A stretch of 64,000 bases of DNA from an archaeon. Its GTDB lineage: Archaea > Nanobdellota > Nanobdellia > Woesearchaeales > UBA9642. Location of the stretch: assembly GCA_020057295.1 (NCBI GenBank), contig JAGVGF010000002.1, forward strand, positions 160,001-224,000. Reading direction: 5' to 3'. Made by a program: the position numbers and the translations under genes. Shown here piece after piece: positions 32,249 through 42,248 of this stretch. The stretch's first letter is position 1, and each line of letters opens with the position of its first letter. Below the pieces are notes generated by a model, which saw only the letters and a program-made list of their open reading frames with translations, made no database searches and was not told the DNA's origin.

Positions 32249-33169
32249 CTATAATAAAAAGAATATTATCAGGAACCAAATAATGTATATCAACGGCACT
32301 ATAATAAATACGCTAAACTCTGTTTTTCTATGGAATTTTTCAACTTTATCAGCATGTTTTCTTTCAGTTAATTCTAGTAAGAAAACATTTAACACTATTG
32401 TTGCAAGTATTATTCCGTATGTAATTACCATAAATTGATCGGCCATTGTCATATATCCGACTGGTGGTATCTGATTGCTAATAGATATATGAAACATTAC
32501 TGAGGCAGTAAGTGCTGCTGTTGTCATTGTAAGCCTTGTTGTTATCTTGTCAGGATCTAATACAAATGTAAATAATACTATTAATATTATAAATAATATT
32601 GGTAAAAATGTCTTAATGAAAGAATTCATGAATATTTTTTCAATCTTAATATGGAATCTATATTGTGAATATTTCTCATCATAAACATCGTATGTGTGCT
32701 CTACTGCATCTGACTCCCACTTGTCAAGCTCCCATCCAGTAAATATTATGCTAGGATCAATTCCACTTTCTTTATCATTCGTCACATAATTAATTACATC
32801 GATAGTATTTCTTTTATCTTCAATAATTATCATCATATCTTGACTATCGAATGGAAATTTTCTCAAATCTACTGGTGAATTTAGTGTTGCTTGAATTCTG
32901 TAGAATTTTTCTTTTGGCGTATCAATTATTTTATCCACGCTTGTTGCTCGTCCGTTCATGAATTCAAAGCTTTCTGGACTGCAATTTTCTTCACATTGAA
33001 AATTAAGATAAAAGTCAGCTGTAAACGAACCAGTTGCTACATCGAATTTCCCTAAATTCAATATATACATAGAAACTTTGACATCTTGCGCGTGAACTTG
33101 TGGCACAATTAACAATGCAAGTAACAAGCTAAAAAATATTATAAGATTATATTTATTCATACTATTCAA
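32249..33169 (-). CDS. Prokaryotic pentameric ligand-gated ion channel (GLIC/ELIC-like, Pro-loop family)
   Basis: Signal; V.VSMYI.NL..FD.....F.ADFYL; [10 protein letters not shown]; GWEL; M1 FLP; M2 RL....[10 protein letters not shown]; PPVGYMT..D; four TM helices. Confidence 0.88.
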   Translation of the reverse strand: MNSMNKYNLIIFFSLLLALLIVPQVHAQDVKVSMYILNLGKFDVATGSFTADFYLNFQCEENCSPESFEFMNGRATSVDKIIDTPKEKFYRIQATLNSPVDLRKFPFDSQDMMIIIEDKRNTIDVINYVTNDKESGIDPSIIFTGWELDKWESDAVEHTYDVYDEKYSQYRFHIKIEKIFMNSFIKTFLPILFIILIVLFTFVLDPDKITTRLTMTTAALTASVMFHISISNQIPPVGYMTMADQFMVITYGIILATIVLNVFLLELTERKHADKVEKFHRKTEFSVFIIVPLIYIIWFLIIFFLL

Positions 33170-33300
33170 CCCCTAATTATTACTATGGAAAAAATGTTTG
33201 TTTTTAAAGTTTGTTAAAGAAGATTTTATCAATTAATTTTTCCTTCTATAGTAGTTACTGTTTCGAAATATTTATAAAATCTTTGACTTTCTTTCATTTT

Positions 33301-33903
33301 ATGGAAGAAGTGCTTGATCATGTACTTAGATCGCATCGAGGATGGATTGCTCTAGTATATGGTCCTATGTTTGCGAAAAAATCTACTGTATTAATTGATG
33401 AATTACATAGGGCAGAAACTCATGCAAAATTAAATGTTCAAGCATTTAAACCGGTTATAGATAATAGATATGGTAATAGATATATAGTTTCTCATGATGG
33501 TCTGAAATTTCCTGCTACTGAAGTAAAAGGTACTTCTGGAATAGTTGCTAAACTTGATTCTGCTGTTGAAGTTATAGGAATAAGTGAATCACAATTTTTT
33601 GATCCGGAACTTATAGATTTTTGTTTAGAACAAAGACAGTATGGAAGAAAAATAATATTAGAAGGATTACTTACGGATTTTAGAAAAAAACCATTTCCAT
33701 TTAAAGGATCAAGAAAAACTATGACTGATTTATTAGTTCATGTCGATTTCCCTATACCTAGAATTGCTTTTTGTTATTCTTGTGGAGAACCAGCAATGTA
33801 TACTATGAGAACAGTTGCTTCCAAAGCACAAGTATTAGTTGGTGGAAAAGATGCATATGTTGCCGCATGTTATAAACATCATCAAATTCCAAAATTAGAT
33901 TAA
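33301..33903 (+). CDS. tdk: Thymidine kinase (TK1 type)
   Basis: GPMFA.KST, FKP.IDNRY, SHDG, E.QFF, GL..DF...PF, C..CG, VGG...Y.A.C..H; start at MEEV. Confidence 0.9.
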   Translation: MEEVLDHVLRSHRGWIALVYGPMFAKKSTVLIDELHRAETHAKLNVQAFKPVIDNRYGNRYIVSHDGLKFPATEVKGTSGIVAKLDSAVEVIGISESQFFDPELIDFCLEQRQYGRKIILEGLLTDFRKKPFPFKGSRKTMTDLLVHVDFPIPRIAFCYSCGEPAMYTMRTVASKAQVLVGGKDAYVAACYKHHQIPKLD

Positions 33904-33973
33904 TTCTAAATAGATTTAGTTTTTTATTTACTAATTTGCTCTTATATATTTTATATTTTCTTATTAGATCTAA

Positions 33974-34096
33974 AGCCCCTGACGAGAGTTGCACTCGTGA
34001 CCTGCTGCTTACTCGGAAAATCGGAGATTTTATGAGTTCCAAAAATCCCGGATTTTTGATACGAAGCAGCCGCAATAGCTACTATGCTACAGGGGC
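33974..34096 (-). tRNA. tRNA-Thr(CGT) with a 50-nt intron at 37/38 (intron 34010-34059); CCA not encoded
   Basis: Acceptor GCCCCTG/CAGGGGC plus U73; anticodon stem GCTGC/GCAGC with loop TT-CGT-A^A; T-stem ACGAG/CTCGT; TTCG pairs with intron CGAG flanked by 3-nt bulges (BHB-like). Confidence 0.92.
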
Positions 34097-34097
34097 A

Positions 34098-34706
34098 TTA
34101 TCTTATTATTTTTTCTATCTTTCCTTTTATCAGTAACGCTTGACCGTCCTTTAATGCCACAACTTTATATTTTACTTTTTTTCTAAACTCTTCTACTTCT
34201 TTTTTTAATTTATCTTTATAGTGAGGAAATATAGCTGTATTTGTGATATTTAATCCCTTAAGGTTTTTTAATCCTATTTCGTTTTTGTCGCCTTCACTTC
34301 CCCATCCTGCTATTTCAATTGTCTTATGGATTACTATGCTTCCGGCGCTTAATCCTATATATAATTTGTTTTTCTTAATATGATTTGTTATTATTTTATC
34401 ATATCCTGTTTTTTTTATTCTGTCAAGAATATAAAATGTGTTTCCTCCACAAACGAATATTATGTCTGAATTTGTTATTTTTTTTACGTTATCATGACAT
34501 ATATTGATAGTTGTGATGTTTTTATTCTTGAATCCATTCTTTAAGAAAAAACTTCTAAAATATGCGATATAAAAGTAATGTTCTATTCTTCGAACCGTAT
34601 GAAGTATGATAACTCGCTCTTTACTTCTATCCTTTGGTATAAGGCCACAAAAAGCTTTCTCTATCTTCTTGCTACGTATACCATCAGACGTTAAGAGCAT
34701 TACCAT
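34098..34706 (-). CDS. Peptidase S51 (dipeptidase E-like)
   Basis: LLTSDG, VCGGNTF, GLSAGS, GL......FPHY. Confidence 0.88.
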   Translation of the reverse strand: MVMLLTSDGIRSKKIEKAFCGLIPKDRSKERVIILHTVRRIEHYFYIAYFRSFFLKNGFKNKNITTINICHDNVKKITNSDIIFVCGGNTFYILDRIKKTGYDKIITNHIKKNKLYIGLSAGSIVIHKTIEIAGWGSEGDKNEIGLKNLKGLNITNTAIFPHYKDKLKKEVEEFRKKVKYKVVALKDGQALLIKGKIEKIIR

Positions 34707-34880
34707 GCCTTTAGAAGAAGAACTGAATTTATAAATCTAATTTTTCTTTTATTTCTTTACTAGAAAGTTTTTTTTGACATTCGTTGCATACACCGTACTG
34801 TTTTTTTCCTTTACGGTATACTGTGCCTATTATTTTATTCATGAATGTAATTTCAATCTTTTTATTGCATATAGAACACT

Positions 34881-35258
34881 TCATTTTCTTATTATTATTC
34901 TCTTCTTATCCTTGCCTTTAATTCTTTGTTCTACTTCCTTAGATTCCATTGTTTGTAATATTTGATCTAATTGGTCGAACATCTTTTTTAAGTCTACAAG
35001 GTCTGTTTCTAATTCCCATGTTGTTTTATTATCTTTTTTCTGATTATTTATAGCCATATTCATCTTGTTGGCTAATTTTTCTAAGAATTCTAGAGATTCC
35101 TGAACGGCATCTTTAGTTTTATATGTTCCTTTCTTAAGGCATTTTTTTATTTCTTCTAAAGAATCACGTTCAAATTTTTCTAATTCGTAAGGAATATATG
35201 CTCTATCCTTTAATTGAGATTCAGATACACTCTTTAAATAATCTTCACTTAGTGGCAT
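34881..35258 (-). CDS. Hypothetical helical protein
   Basis: 125-aa ORF with normal composition filling the gap between same-strand genes. Confidence 0.7.
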   Translation of the reverse strand: MPLSEDYLKSVSESQLKDRAYIPYELEKFERDSLEEIKKCLKKGTYKTKDAVQESLEFLEKLANKMNMAINNQKKDNKTTWELETDLVDLKKMFDQLDQILQTMESKEVEQRIKGKDKKRIIIRK

Positions 35259-35290
35259 ATTATCCTATAATTATGTGTTGTTTTAATATT

Positions 35291-35851
35291 TTATGCTTTA
35301 TTAGAACTTTGTTCCTTGGCAAGTAATTCTTTCATGCGTGGCCATTCATCTTCATCTAATATGTATCCTACACATTTTTCTGAACCACATCTACATGGAT
35401 GTTTCTTAAAATCGTATATATCTTTCTCGTTAAGTTCAAAACCGTAATTATATGTTATCTCTTCGCCTTTCTTTATTTCCTTAATTGTGTCAATCCATAC
35501 TCTTCCATCGATTATATCAACTTCACAGTTTGGATCACATGAATGATTGATGTATTTACCGTCATTGTCTGGAACATCTCCATCTAAATCCCATGTATCA
35601 TCTATTTCAAAAATATATGTTCCAGCATGATTCTCAGGATCGTTAGTATGTTTTTCAAAAGTATGTCCTAATATCATATCGCCAGCTTCCTTATCTACTT
35701 TTATGCCTACATATTCCATTATTCTAGTTCCTTTTGGAATATCGGCTCGTGCAAATACTCCGTGCCTATGTATGCCTGAACCACCTACTTTTACATATGG
35801 GTGATTATCTTTAGAGTCATGTTTATGTTTTTTGTCGTTTGTTTTGTTCAT
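35291..35851 (-). CDS. SET-domain protein-lysine methyltransferase with post-SET
   Basis: SGIHRHGVFA, EYVG, YINHSCDPNC, GEEITYNY, C.CGS..C.G. Confidence 0.93.
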   Translation of the reverse strand: MNKTNDKKHKHDSKDNHPYVKVGGSGIHRHGVFARADIPKGTRIMEYVGIKVDKEAGDMILGHTFEKHTNDPENHAGTYIFEIDDTWDLDGDVPDNDGKYINHSCDPNCEVDIIDGRVWIDTIKEIKKGEEITYNYGFELNEKDIYDFKKHPCRCGSEKCVGYILDEDEWPRMKELLAKEQSSNKA

Positions 35852-35883
35852 TTTTTCTTTACTTCATCAATTCTTTCTATTGA

Positions 35884-36549
35884 TTATTTTTTTATAAAAA
35901 ATATAAATATTAGGAATGCGGACACTATTATTGTAGTATAATATATCTTTCTATTCCATGCATAAATTTTTGCACCATCAAAATTCCATAATGGAATCAT
36001 ATTAAATAATGCAAGCCACGCGTTGATTAAATATCCTGAATTAATAATTTCTACAATCAAAGTATTTGTAAATTTCATGAATAGTAATGGTAATAGTAGT
36101 ATTGCAAGTATGATATTTGTTAACGGGCCTGCCAGGCTTATTTTGCCGTTTTGTCTATAATCTATATTTCCAAAAATCATTACGGCACCAGGTGCGATGA
36201 ATACTACGCCAAGAAAACTCATTAATACTCCTAATCCTAACATTGTAGTATCTGCACGAAATTCTGCCCAACATTTATAGCGTTGTGCTATGATTTTGTG
36301 TGCCAGTTCATGTAGTAAGAATGCTAGTCCGACTGTTACTGCACTGATTAGCATAAATATTAGAAATTCTATGCTGAAGAATGATGAAAATGTTATTCCT
36401 TTATCTACTGTTCTAGCTATGGCGAATGCAAAACTTACAAAAAGCCATGCTATAAACAAGTCCTTTAGCTCTTTAGATGATGAGTGCATCTGTATTCTGC
36501 CATTTTTTGATTTAAAATCATAGTTTTTATGCATATGTTGTTGGAACAA
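35884..36549 (-). CDS. Site-2 protease family (M50) membrane metalloprotease
   Basis: HELAHK, WAEFR, AGPLTN, FNMIP...FDG.K. Confidence 0.92.
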   Translation of the reverse strand: MFQQHMHKNYDFKSKNGRIQMHSSSKELKDLFIAWLFVSFAFAIARTVDKGITFSSFFSIEFLIFMLISAVTVGLAFLLHELAHKIIAQRYKCWAEFRADTTMLGLGVLMSFLGVVFIAPGAVMIFGNIDYRQNGKISLAGPLTNIILAILLLPLLFMKFTNTLIVEIINSGYLINAWLALFNMIPLWNFDGAKIYAWNRKIYYTTIIVSAFLIFIFFIKK

Positions 36550-36687
36550 TGAGTTGTTTTTAAATTTGATGCATGTTAGAAGCCTTGTCTATTGCTGTTT
36601 TATTTATAATTTTATAGTAGTTACAACAGTAAACTTTATAAACGTGCCTTGACTATTATATTATATTATTACACGTGGGGGATATAG

Positions 36688-37911
36688 ATGAGAAACACTT
36701 ACATCTTAATGATAGTACAGGCATTATTAACACTATTATTGTTCTTTTCTGAAAGTTACATAAAATATGCTACTATAACATTATTTATTCTTTTAGATTT
36801 AATATTATTTATTTCATTACTTATGGAAAAGTGGTCTTATGAAGAATTATTAACTTTTAGTGCAATATTTTGTTCAGCAATATTTTTAGTATTTTATTTA
36901 TTCATGAAGTCAATTTTAACAACGGTTTTTGGCATTGTATTAATGTTGTTATTCCTTGTAATTGCTATGCTAGAATTTATGGGCAAGTCTACTATTAACA
37001 GTAAAGATTCTAGAAGATTTGAGTCATTACAAAGACCTGAAGATCCTTTATATTATTATGACATAGAGTCTGAATCTAGAATTAAGAGTGTTCCTGAACC
37101 TGTAATGCATGTCAAACATGAACGTAAAATTTCTAGAGAAGTTCCTCACGAACAAAAAAGTTCAGAATTCATGAAAGATAAATTAGCATCTAAAGCTGTA
37201 GCTTACGAACTTGAGAGAGAAGCTCAACAATTAAAGAATGCTGAAAAATTACTGAATGAATTAGAAGTGTATAATGCTGGTCAAGAATTACTTAAAGAAA
37301 CAAGAGCTATGCAAAATGTTCAGAAAAAAATTGATAGTGCAAAGAAGGCTCAAGCAGCTCAAGAATTACAGAGAGAAGCTGCAGAACTTATGAAAGTTCA
37401 GAAACAGGTTGATTCTGTAAGAACAGTTCAAGCAGCTAAAGAATTGAATAGAGAAGCCGCAGAGATAATGAAAGTTCAAAAACAGATTAGCAGTATTAAA
37501 AAGCTACAGCAAAAACAAGAGTTAGACAGAGAAGTTAAAACTCTGAAAAATGCTGAACAAAAAATTAAGCAAGTACAATTCTTAAATCAACAAGAAAAAA
37601 TAGTAAAACAAGCTAAAGCAATTGCTAAAGCGCAGAAAGAAGTTGATGGAATGAATAAGAAAAACAAAAAATCAATTTCTAAAACTTCAAAGAAATCTTC
37701 CGGAAAAAAAGCTAAAAAAGTTAGTAATGTGAGAACAGTACGTTCCAAAGATGAATCATTCTATTTCGCAACAGATAACGGTAACACGTTCCATGAACCA
37801 GGATGTCTTTCTATAAAGAAGGTTCCAAAGAATAAACTAACATTGTACACAAACAGGAAAGATGCTATGAGAAAAGGTTTACAACCATGCAGGGTATGCA
37901 TCCCTAAGTGA
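36688..37911 (+). CDS. Membrane protein with 26-aa helical repeats, Lys-rich linker and Ada-like metal-binding C-terminus
   Basis: Four N-terminal TMs; repeats of xELxREAxx[LI]MKVQKQ; FH.PGC...G..PC.VC.P. Confidence 0.8.
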   Translation: MRNTYILMIVQALLTLLLFFSESYIKYATITLFILLDLILFISLLMEKWSYEELLTFSAIFCSAIFLVFYLFMKSILTTVFGIVLMLLFLVIAMLEFMGKSTINSKDSRRFESLQRPEDPLYYYDIESESRIKSVPEPVMHVKHERKISREVPHEQKSSEFMKDKLASKAVAYELEREAQQLKNAEKLLNELEVYNAGQELLKETRAMQNVQKKIDSAKKAQAAQELQREAAELMKVQKQVDSVRTVQAAKELNREAAEIMKVQKQISSIKKLQQKQELDREVKTLKNAEQKIKQVQFLNQQEKIVKQAKAIAKAQKEVDGMNKKNKKSISKTSKKSSGKKAKKVSNVRTVRSKDESFYFATDNGNTFHEPGCLSIKKVPKNKLTLYTNRKDAMRKGLQPCRVCIPK

Positions 37912-37922
37912 GTTGATTATAT

Positions 37923-38318
37923 ATGACCGGTATTATTATCCCAAATAGAGATGCTATAGAAGATATTGTTCGCGGACATTACAATTGCATTGCTACTATA
38001 ACAGAAGCTGTTATGAGTGTAAATGATAATATGCCTATTCTTAATTTAACATTAGACTTTGGTAAAGGAAGAAAACCTCCGCAGATTCAAGTATCTGGAG
38101 GAATTATTACTGTTTCGGATCCACATTATATAAAATTGTTATTTGATTCGTACAAAGTAGTTCGTGCAGATGATCTTCAAGGAAAAAGTGTTAATGTATA
38201 TCTGCACGGTTCTGATATAAGATTAAATAACATATTAGGTATAGAGCCTTACCTTGGATTAGTGGAGTCTGGACAAGGTCAACCAACTCTAGCTTTTACT
38301 AGAAAAATAATGGATTAG
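37923..38318 (+). CDS. Hypothetical protein
   Basis: 131-aa ORF 11 nt after the previous stop. Confidence 0.65.
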   Translation: MTGIIIPNRDAIEDIVRGHYNCIATITEAVMSVNDNMPILNLTLDFGKGRKPPQIQVSGGIITVSDPHYIKLLFDSYKVVRADDLQGKSVNVYLHGSDIRLNNILGIEPYLGLVESGQGQPTLAFTRKIMD

Positions 38319-38325
38319 TTTATTC

Positions 38326-39519
38326 TTAGTAATCTAAAATTTTCTTTTGTGTATTCATTTGTCTTGCTAGTACGCTCTGGTTCAAGAAATGATCTAGAGA
38401 GTAACCAAATTTTTTTATATATTCAGATGCAAATCTTAACATTTCCTCTTTTGTATCAAACATAAATGGTTTGCTGCTCATTGTATTCTTTACAGCTTGC
38501 CTTACAACCCATACTCCTAATGGTGCCCAATATTCATCAGATACGAATCTTAAAGCGAGTACTGTTGTTTGTTTCTTAATAGCTTTTAATTGTTCAAGAA
38601 TACTTAATCTGGCTGCGTAATATCCTCCAACTGTTTCTGTGGCATAACCTTTACGGCCGTAATAATTTTCCCAATCATGACTAGAATCCTTATTACCAAT
38701 CATTGTTTCAAAAAGTTCGTATGACCAAACTTCAGGATAACATAAAAGGATATAATAATTGCCAAAATAACTTCCAATATATATAGTGTATTTATCTATT
38801 TGAGAATAATTTTTTACTTCTTTGATAAGGTTTTTTCCTATTGTATCATCAACGGCTGTAATGGACCAACGTGTTGGAACAAGTTTCTTGTTTGTATCCA
38901 GTCCAAGATGTCCGCTGCTAAATATTTTTGTTAAGTAATGATTTTCGTAACCTTTCCCATGAAGTATATTTAGAGATTCTGTTGATGTTAACTCGTCATT
39001 AATTATGCTGTCAACTTTTGTTGGTATATGAACATTTTCAGTAATCCTCGCTTTTTCAAGCTCCACTTTTGGACCATGAGGACTAACTTCATTATGAAAA
39101 ACTAATTTGAATTCAGGTTTCTTGTTTAAATAAATTTCAGTATCTACAGGTTTGTCTGCTAGTGCAACTTCACTAAACACATCTCTTAATCTATCATTAA
39201 ATCCTCTTATACTACTTTTGAAACTAGAATTTATGAGCATCGAACGTTTCTGAATAATCTCATTAATATCAAAACCTTGACTAACCCATTCTTTAGGATC
39301 ATCAACAGTAGAATCCTTAATAGTGTTATCTGTATTAAGTAATCCAACATTTACATTGGGATAACCGTAATGTCCTATAAATACATTATAATTTTCACCA
39401 TAAAAATCTTTCTTAGAATTTTCGTTAAATGCTTTTCTAATATGCAAATGTTCTTTTAAGATACATACTGGTCTATCGCATTTACCTTTGCCTATACATC
39501 TAAAACAAAGTTCTCCCAT
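38326..39519 (-). CDS. nreA: DNA repair protein NreA (DUF650/DUF651) with C-terminal PIP box
   Basis: C..C.G...C....C, FIG..GYP.V.VG, LVPTRWSITAVD, GGYYAARL, PLGVWVVR, terminal QKKILDY. Confidence 0.92.
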   Translation of the reverse strand: MGELCFRCIGKGKCDRPVCILKEHLHIRKAFNENSKKDFYGENYNVFIGHYGYPNVNVGLLNTDNTIKDSTVDDPKEWVSQGFDINEIIQKRSMLINSSFKSSIRGFNDRLRDVFSEVALADKPVDTEIYLNKKPEFKLVFHNEVSPHGPKVELEKARITENVHIPTKVDSIINDELTSTESLNILHGKGYENHYLTKIFSSGHLGLDTNKKLVPTRWSITAVDDTIGKNLIKEVKNYSQIDKYTIYIGSYFGNYYILLCYPEVWSYELFETMIGNKDSSHDWENYYGRKGYATETVGGYYAARLSILEQLKAIKKQTTVLALRFVSDEYWAPLGVWVVRQAVKNTMSSKPFMFDTKEEMLRFASEYIKKFGYSLDHFLNQSVLARQMNTQKKILDY

Positions 39520-39628
39520 GAATATGAAATGTTTATTGTGTTTAAAATGTTTATGAGAGGTTGTCTTGTGACACGATGTGTGATTAGTTATTCCATAATT
39601 TTATAAATAAACTTATTTTCTTTAAATT

Positions 39629-40714
39629 ATGATTACAGATTCAGAGTTAAAACAGTTAAAAGAAGAACTAGTCTCATCAAAGAAACCTATTCTTATGTTT
39701 GATGATGATACTGATGGACTTTGTTCTTACTTATTGCTTTATAGATTCTTAAAAGATTATACTGACGAAATAAAAGGTGTAATATTAAAAACAGGTCCAG
39801 AACTTGATGGAGACTTGTTTGTTCAGAAAGTTAAGGATTACGATCCTGATAAAGTGTTTATTTTAGACAAAGCAATTGTTAGTCAAGATTTTATTGATGG
39901 AGTACATAAAAAAGTAATCTGGCTTGATCATCATCCAGTTCTAGATAGAAAAAATGTGTTATATTTTAATCCAATGAAACACGAGACTCCTGGAATGAAG
40001 GAAGATAATAGACCAACAAGCTACTGGGCATATAAGGTTGTAGAAAAAGACAGGCCTCAAGATATGTGGCTTGCAGCTGCAGGAATAGTAAGTGATTGGC
40101 ACATTCCTGAATTTTTGAAAGAGTTTTCAATAAAATATCCTACACTGCTTGATTCTAAGTTTAAATATAAAAATCCTGGTGATATAATATTCAAAACACG
40201 ATTAGGATTGCTTATTAGAATCATGTTTTTTAATTTAAAATTTTCCACTAAGGATTCGATGATTTCTGCAAAAATAATATCCAGAATAAACGATCCTTTA
40301 GAAATAATTGATCAAACAACAAGTGCTGGAAAGTATATCTATAAGCAATATGATAAATTTAATAAGATATATGAACGAATAAAATCTCAAAATACTGTTG
40401 GAAAAGGAAAACTTCTTGTGTTCACTTATTCGGACAGTTATTCTATAACTTCAGAATTATGTAATGAATTAATATATACTTATCCTAAAAAATTCATAAT
40501 TATTGCAAGGTTAAAAGAAGAAAAATATATATGCTCTTTTAGATCGCCTGTTTATGACGTTCGTGCAGTGTTAGATAAAGCTTTAGTAGGAATTGATGGA
40601 TATGGTGGTGGACACGAGCATGCATGTGGTGGCGGAATAAACGCAAAAGATTGGGACAGATTCTTGGATAATATTCGTAAAGAGATATATATTTCTAAAC
40701 ATCATACCAAATAA
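39629..40714 (+). CDS. DHH/DHHA1 family phosphoesterase
   Basis: DDDTDG, ILD, LDHH, GGGHEHACG. Confidence 0.92.
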   Translation: MITDSELKQLKEELVSSKKPILMFDDDTDGLCSYLLLYRFLKDYTDEIKGVILKTGPELDGDLFVQKVKDYDPDKVFILDKAIVSQDFIDGVHKKVIWLDHHPVLDRKNVLYFNPMKHETPGMKEDNRPTSYWAYKVVEKDRPQDMWLAAAGIVSDWHIPEFLKEFSIKYPTLLDSKFKYKNPGDIIFKTRLGLLIRIMFFNLKFSTKDSMISAKIISRINDPLEIIDQTTSAGKYIYKQYDKFNKIYERIKSQNTVGKGKLLVFTYSDSYSITSELCNELIYTYPKKFIIIARLKEEKYICSFRSPVYDVRAVLDKALVGIDGYGGGHEHACGGGINAKDWDRFLDNIRKEIYISKHHTK

Positions 40715-40766
40715 GAAAAGGTATGATTTTTAAGGAAAAGCTTAGATCTTAAAATTAAATTATTAT

Positions 40767-41846
40767 TTATACAAATCTTTCCTTAAAAGTTTCAAAATAT
40801 GTTATCATCAAGGGTAACAATATTGGACCGATAAATATTCCAACAATTCCAAACATAGCAGCTCCACATATTACTCCTATAATTACGCTTACTTGACTTA
40901 CTTTTGCTCTTGCATGCACGATTTTAGCGAGTAAGAAATTATCAATTAAATTAATTATGAAAAAGCTGTATATTAATAATCCTATTCCCCTATATAACAT
41001 CCATTGATCATTAGTCAAATATCCTCCCACAATCAAAAAAAGCGAAGCAGGAAGCCATATAAGCGCTGTACCGGCTGTCGGGATTAATGTGCAGAAAGCA
41101 GTAAGAATTCCTAGAATTACTGGAAAAGGAACACCAAATGCATAATATCCTAAAGTTCCAACTAATCCTTGAATAAATGCAACAAACAATTGTGCATAAA
41201 CAACAGTATACGTTATGTCGCCAAATTCTATAATCAATCTTTTTATTGACTTTTGTTTCATCGGGAGCAAATTAAGAGTTTTTTTAAGTAAATTCTCCCA
41301 ATCTTTTAGTATAAAATAAGATATTGTCAATATAAGAATTATTTCCGCAATTATAATTGGTATAGTTAGAATAAATATAGTTATTTTTTCCTCTATAATT
41401 GGTAATAGTTTCGGTAATTGTTTATTAAAACCAAAGGTTGTCAATCTCTCTGCACTAAATGCTTCTGCCTGATTAAGTAATGCGCATACTTTGGAATCTG
41501 CACTATTACATCCAAAACCAAATACAGCTCCTTTCTCAATTTTATCTGATAATGAATGATAGAAAATATATCCTTGTTGTGTAACTTCGAATGCCAAAAA
41601 AGCGAACGGAATTAATATTATAATCATAACGATGAGAAGAGAAAGAATGATTGAAGTAAATTTATTTGATATTTTTTTGCTTATCCTTTTATAAACAGGA
41701 AAAGATACATATGCAAGGAGAATACTGCTTAGTATAATGACTATCATAGGTCTAAGAAAAATAAAAAATAAAACTAATACAGATATAAATAAAATAAAAG
41801 GAACTATTCTTTTGTATTGATGCGCGTGATTATCGAGGAGTTTCAT
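40767..41846 (-). CDS. AI-2E (PerM/UPF0118) family membrane protein
   Basis: LAY...P.Y, AFIQG, IP..GTALIWLP, IDN.L, G...FG..G...GP. Confidence 0.9.
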   Translation of the reverse strand: MKLLDNHAHQYKRIVPFILFISVLVLFFIFLRPMIVIILSSILLAYVSFPVYKRISKKISNKFTSIILSLLIVMIIILIPFAFLAFEVTQQGYIFYHSLSDKIEKGAVFGFGCNSADSKVCALLNQAEAFSAERLTTFGFNKQLPKLLPIIEEKITIFILTIPIIIAEIILILTISYFILKDWENLLKKTLNLLPMKQKSIKRLIIEFGDITYTVVYAQLFVAFIQGLVGTLGYYAFGVPFPVILGILTAFCTLIPTAGTALIWLPASLFLIVGGYLTNDQWMLYRGIGLLIYSFFIINLIDNFLLAKIVHARAKVSQVSVIIGVICGAAMFGIVGIFIGPILLPLMITYFETFKERFV

Positions 41847-41867
41847 TGTATGAAGATATTTTTATGA

Positions 41868-42137
41868 TTATGTTTTACCCCAAAATTTTGCTTCTTTTTC
41901 CATTTTTGCTAGTCGGGTGTAGTAATCCGGAAATTCTGTTAAATGTGCTAAAGCAATTTTTCCAGTCATCACAGAATTATCGTTAGAAACATTAGTGTAT
42001 AGATTTATTCTTCCATGTTCTAATTCAACATTCATTCCTTTTCTAAATTGTCCAACATCAAACTTTTCCCATGTTATTCCTAATTTAACACCTACTATTT
42101 CTGCTTCTTTTTTTGTAAATTTATTTTTTGATTTCAT
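41868..42137 (-). CDS. DUF5661-like small protein
   Basis: FDVGQFRKGMNVELEHG...TGKIALAHL.EFPDYYTRL. Confidence 0.75.
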   Translation of the reverse strand: MKSKNKFTKKEAEIVGVKLGITWEKFDVGQFRKGMNVELEHGRINLYTNVSNDNSVMTGKIALAHLTEFPDYYTRLAKMEKEAKFWGKT

Positions 42138-42248
42138 GTAGCATCACATTTTTTATTACTATTATTTAATAAGTCACTTTCTCTGTATTGAATGAAAATA
42201 ATTATATATGCACATCAATAAGCGATGTACATATATTTTTCTTTCAAT

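Noticed and set aside
33803-34136. ORFs 33803-34075 (-) and 33936-34136 (+)
   Set aside because: They overlap the tRNA-Thr gene; spurious
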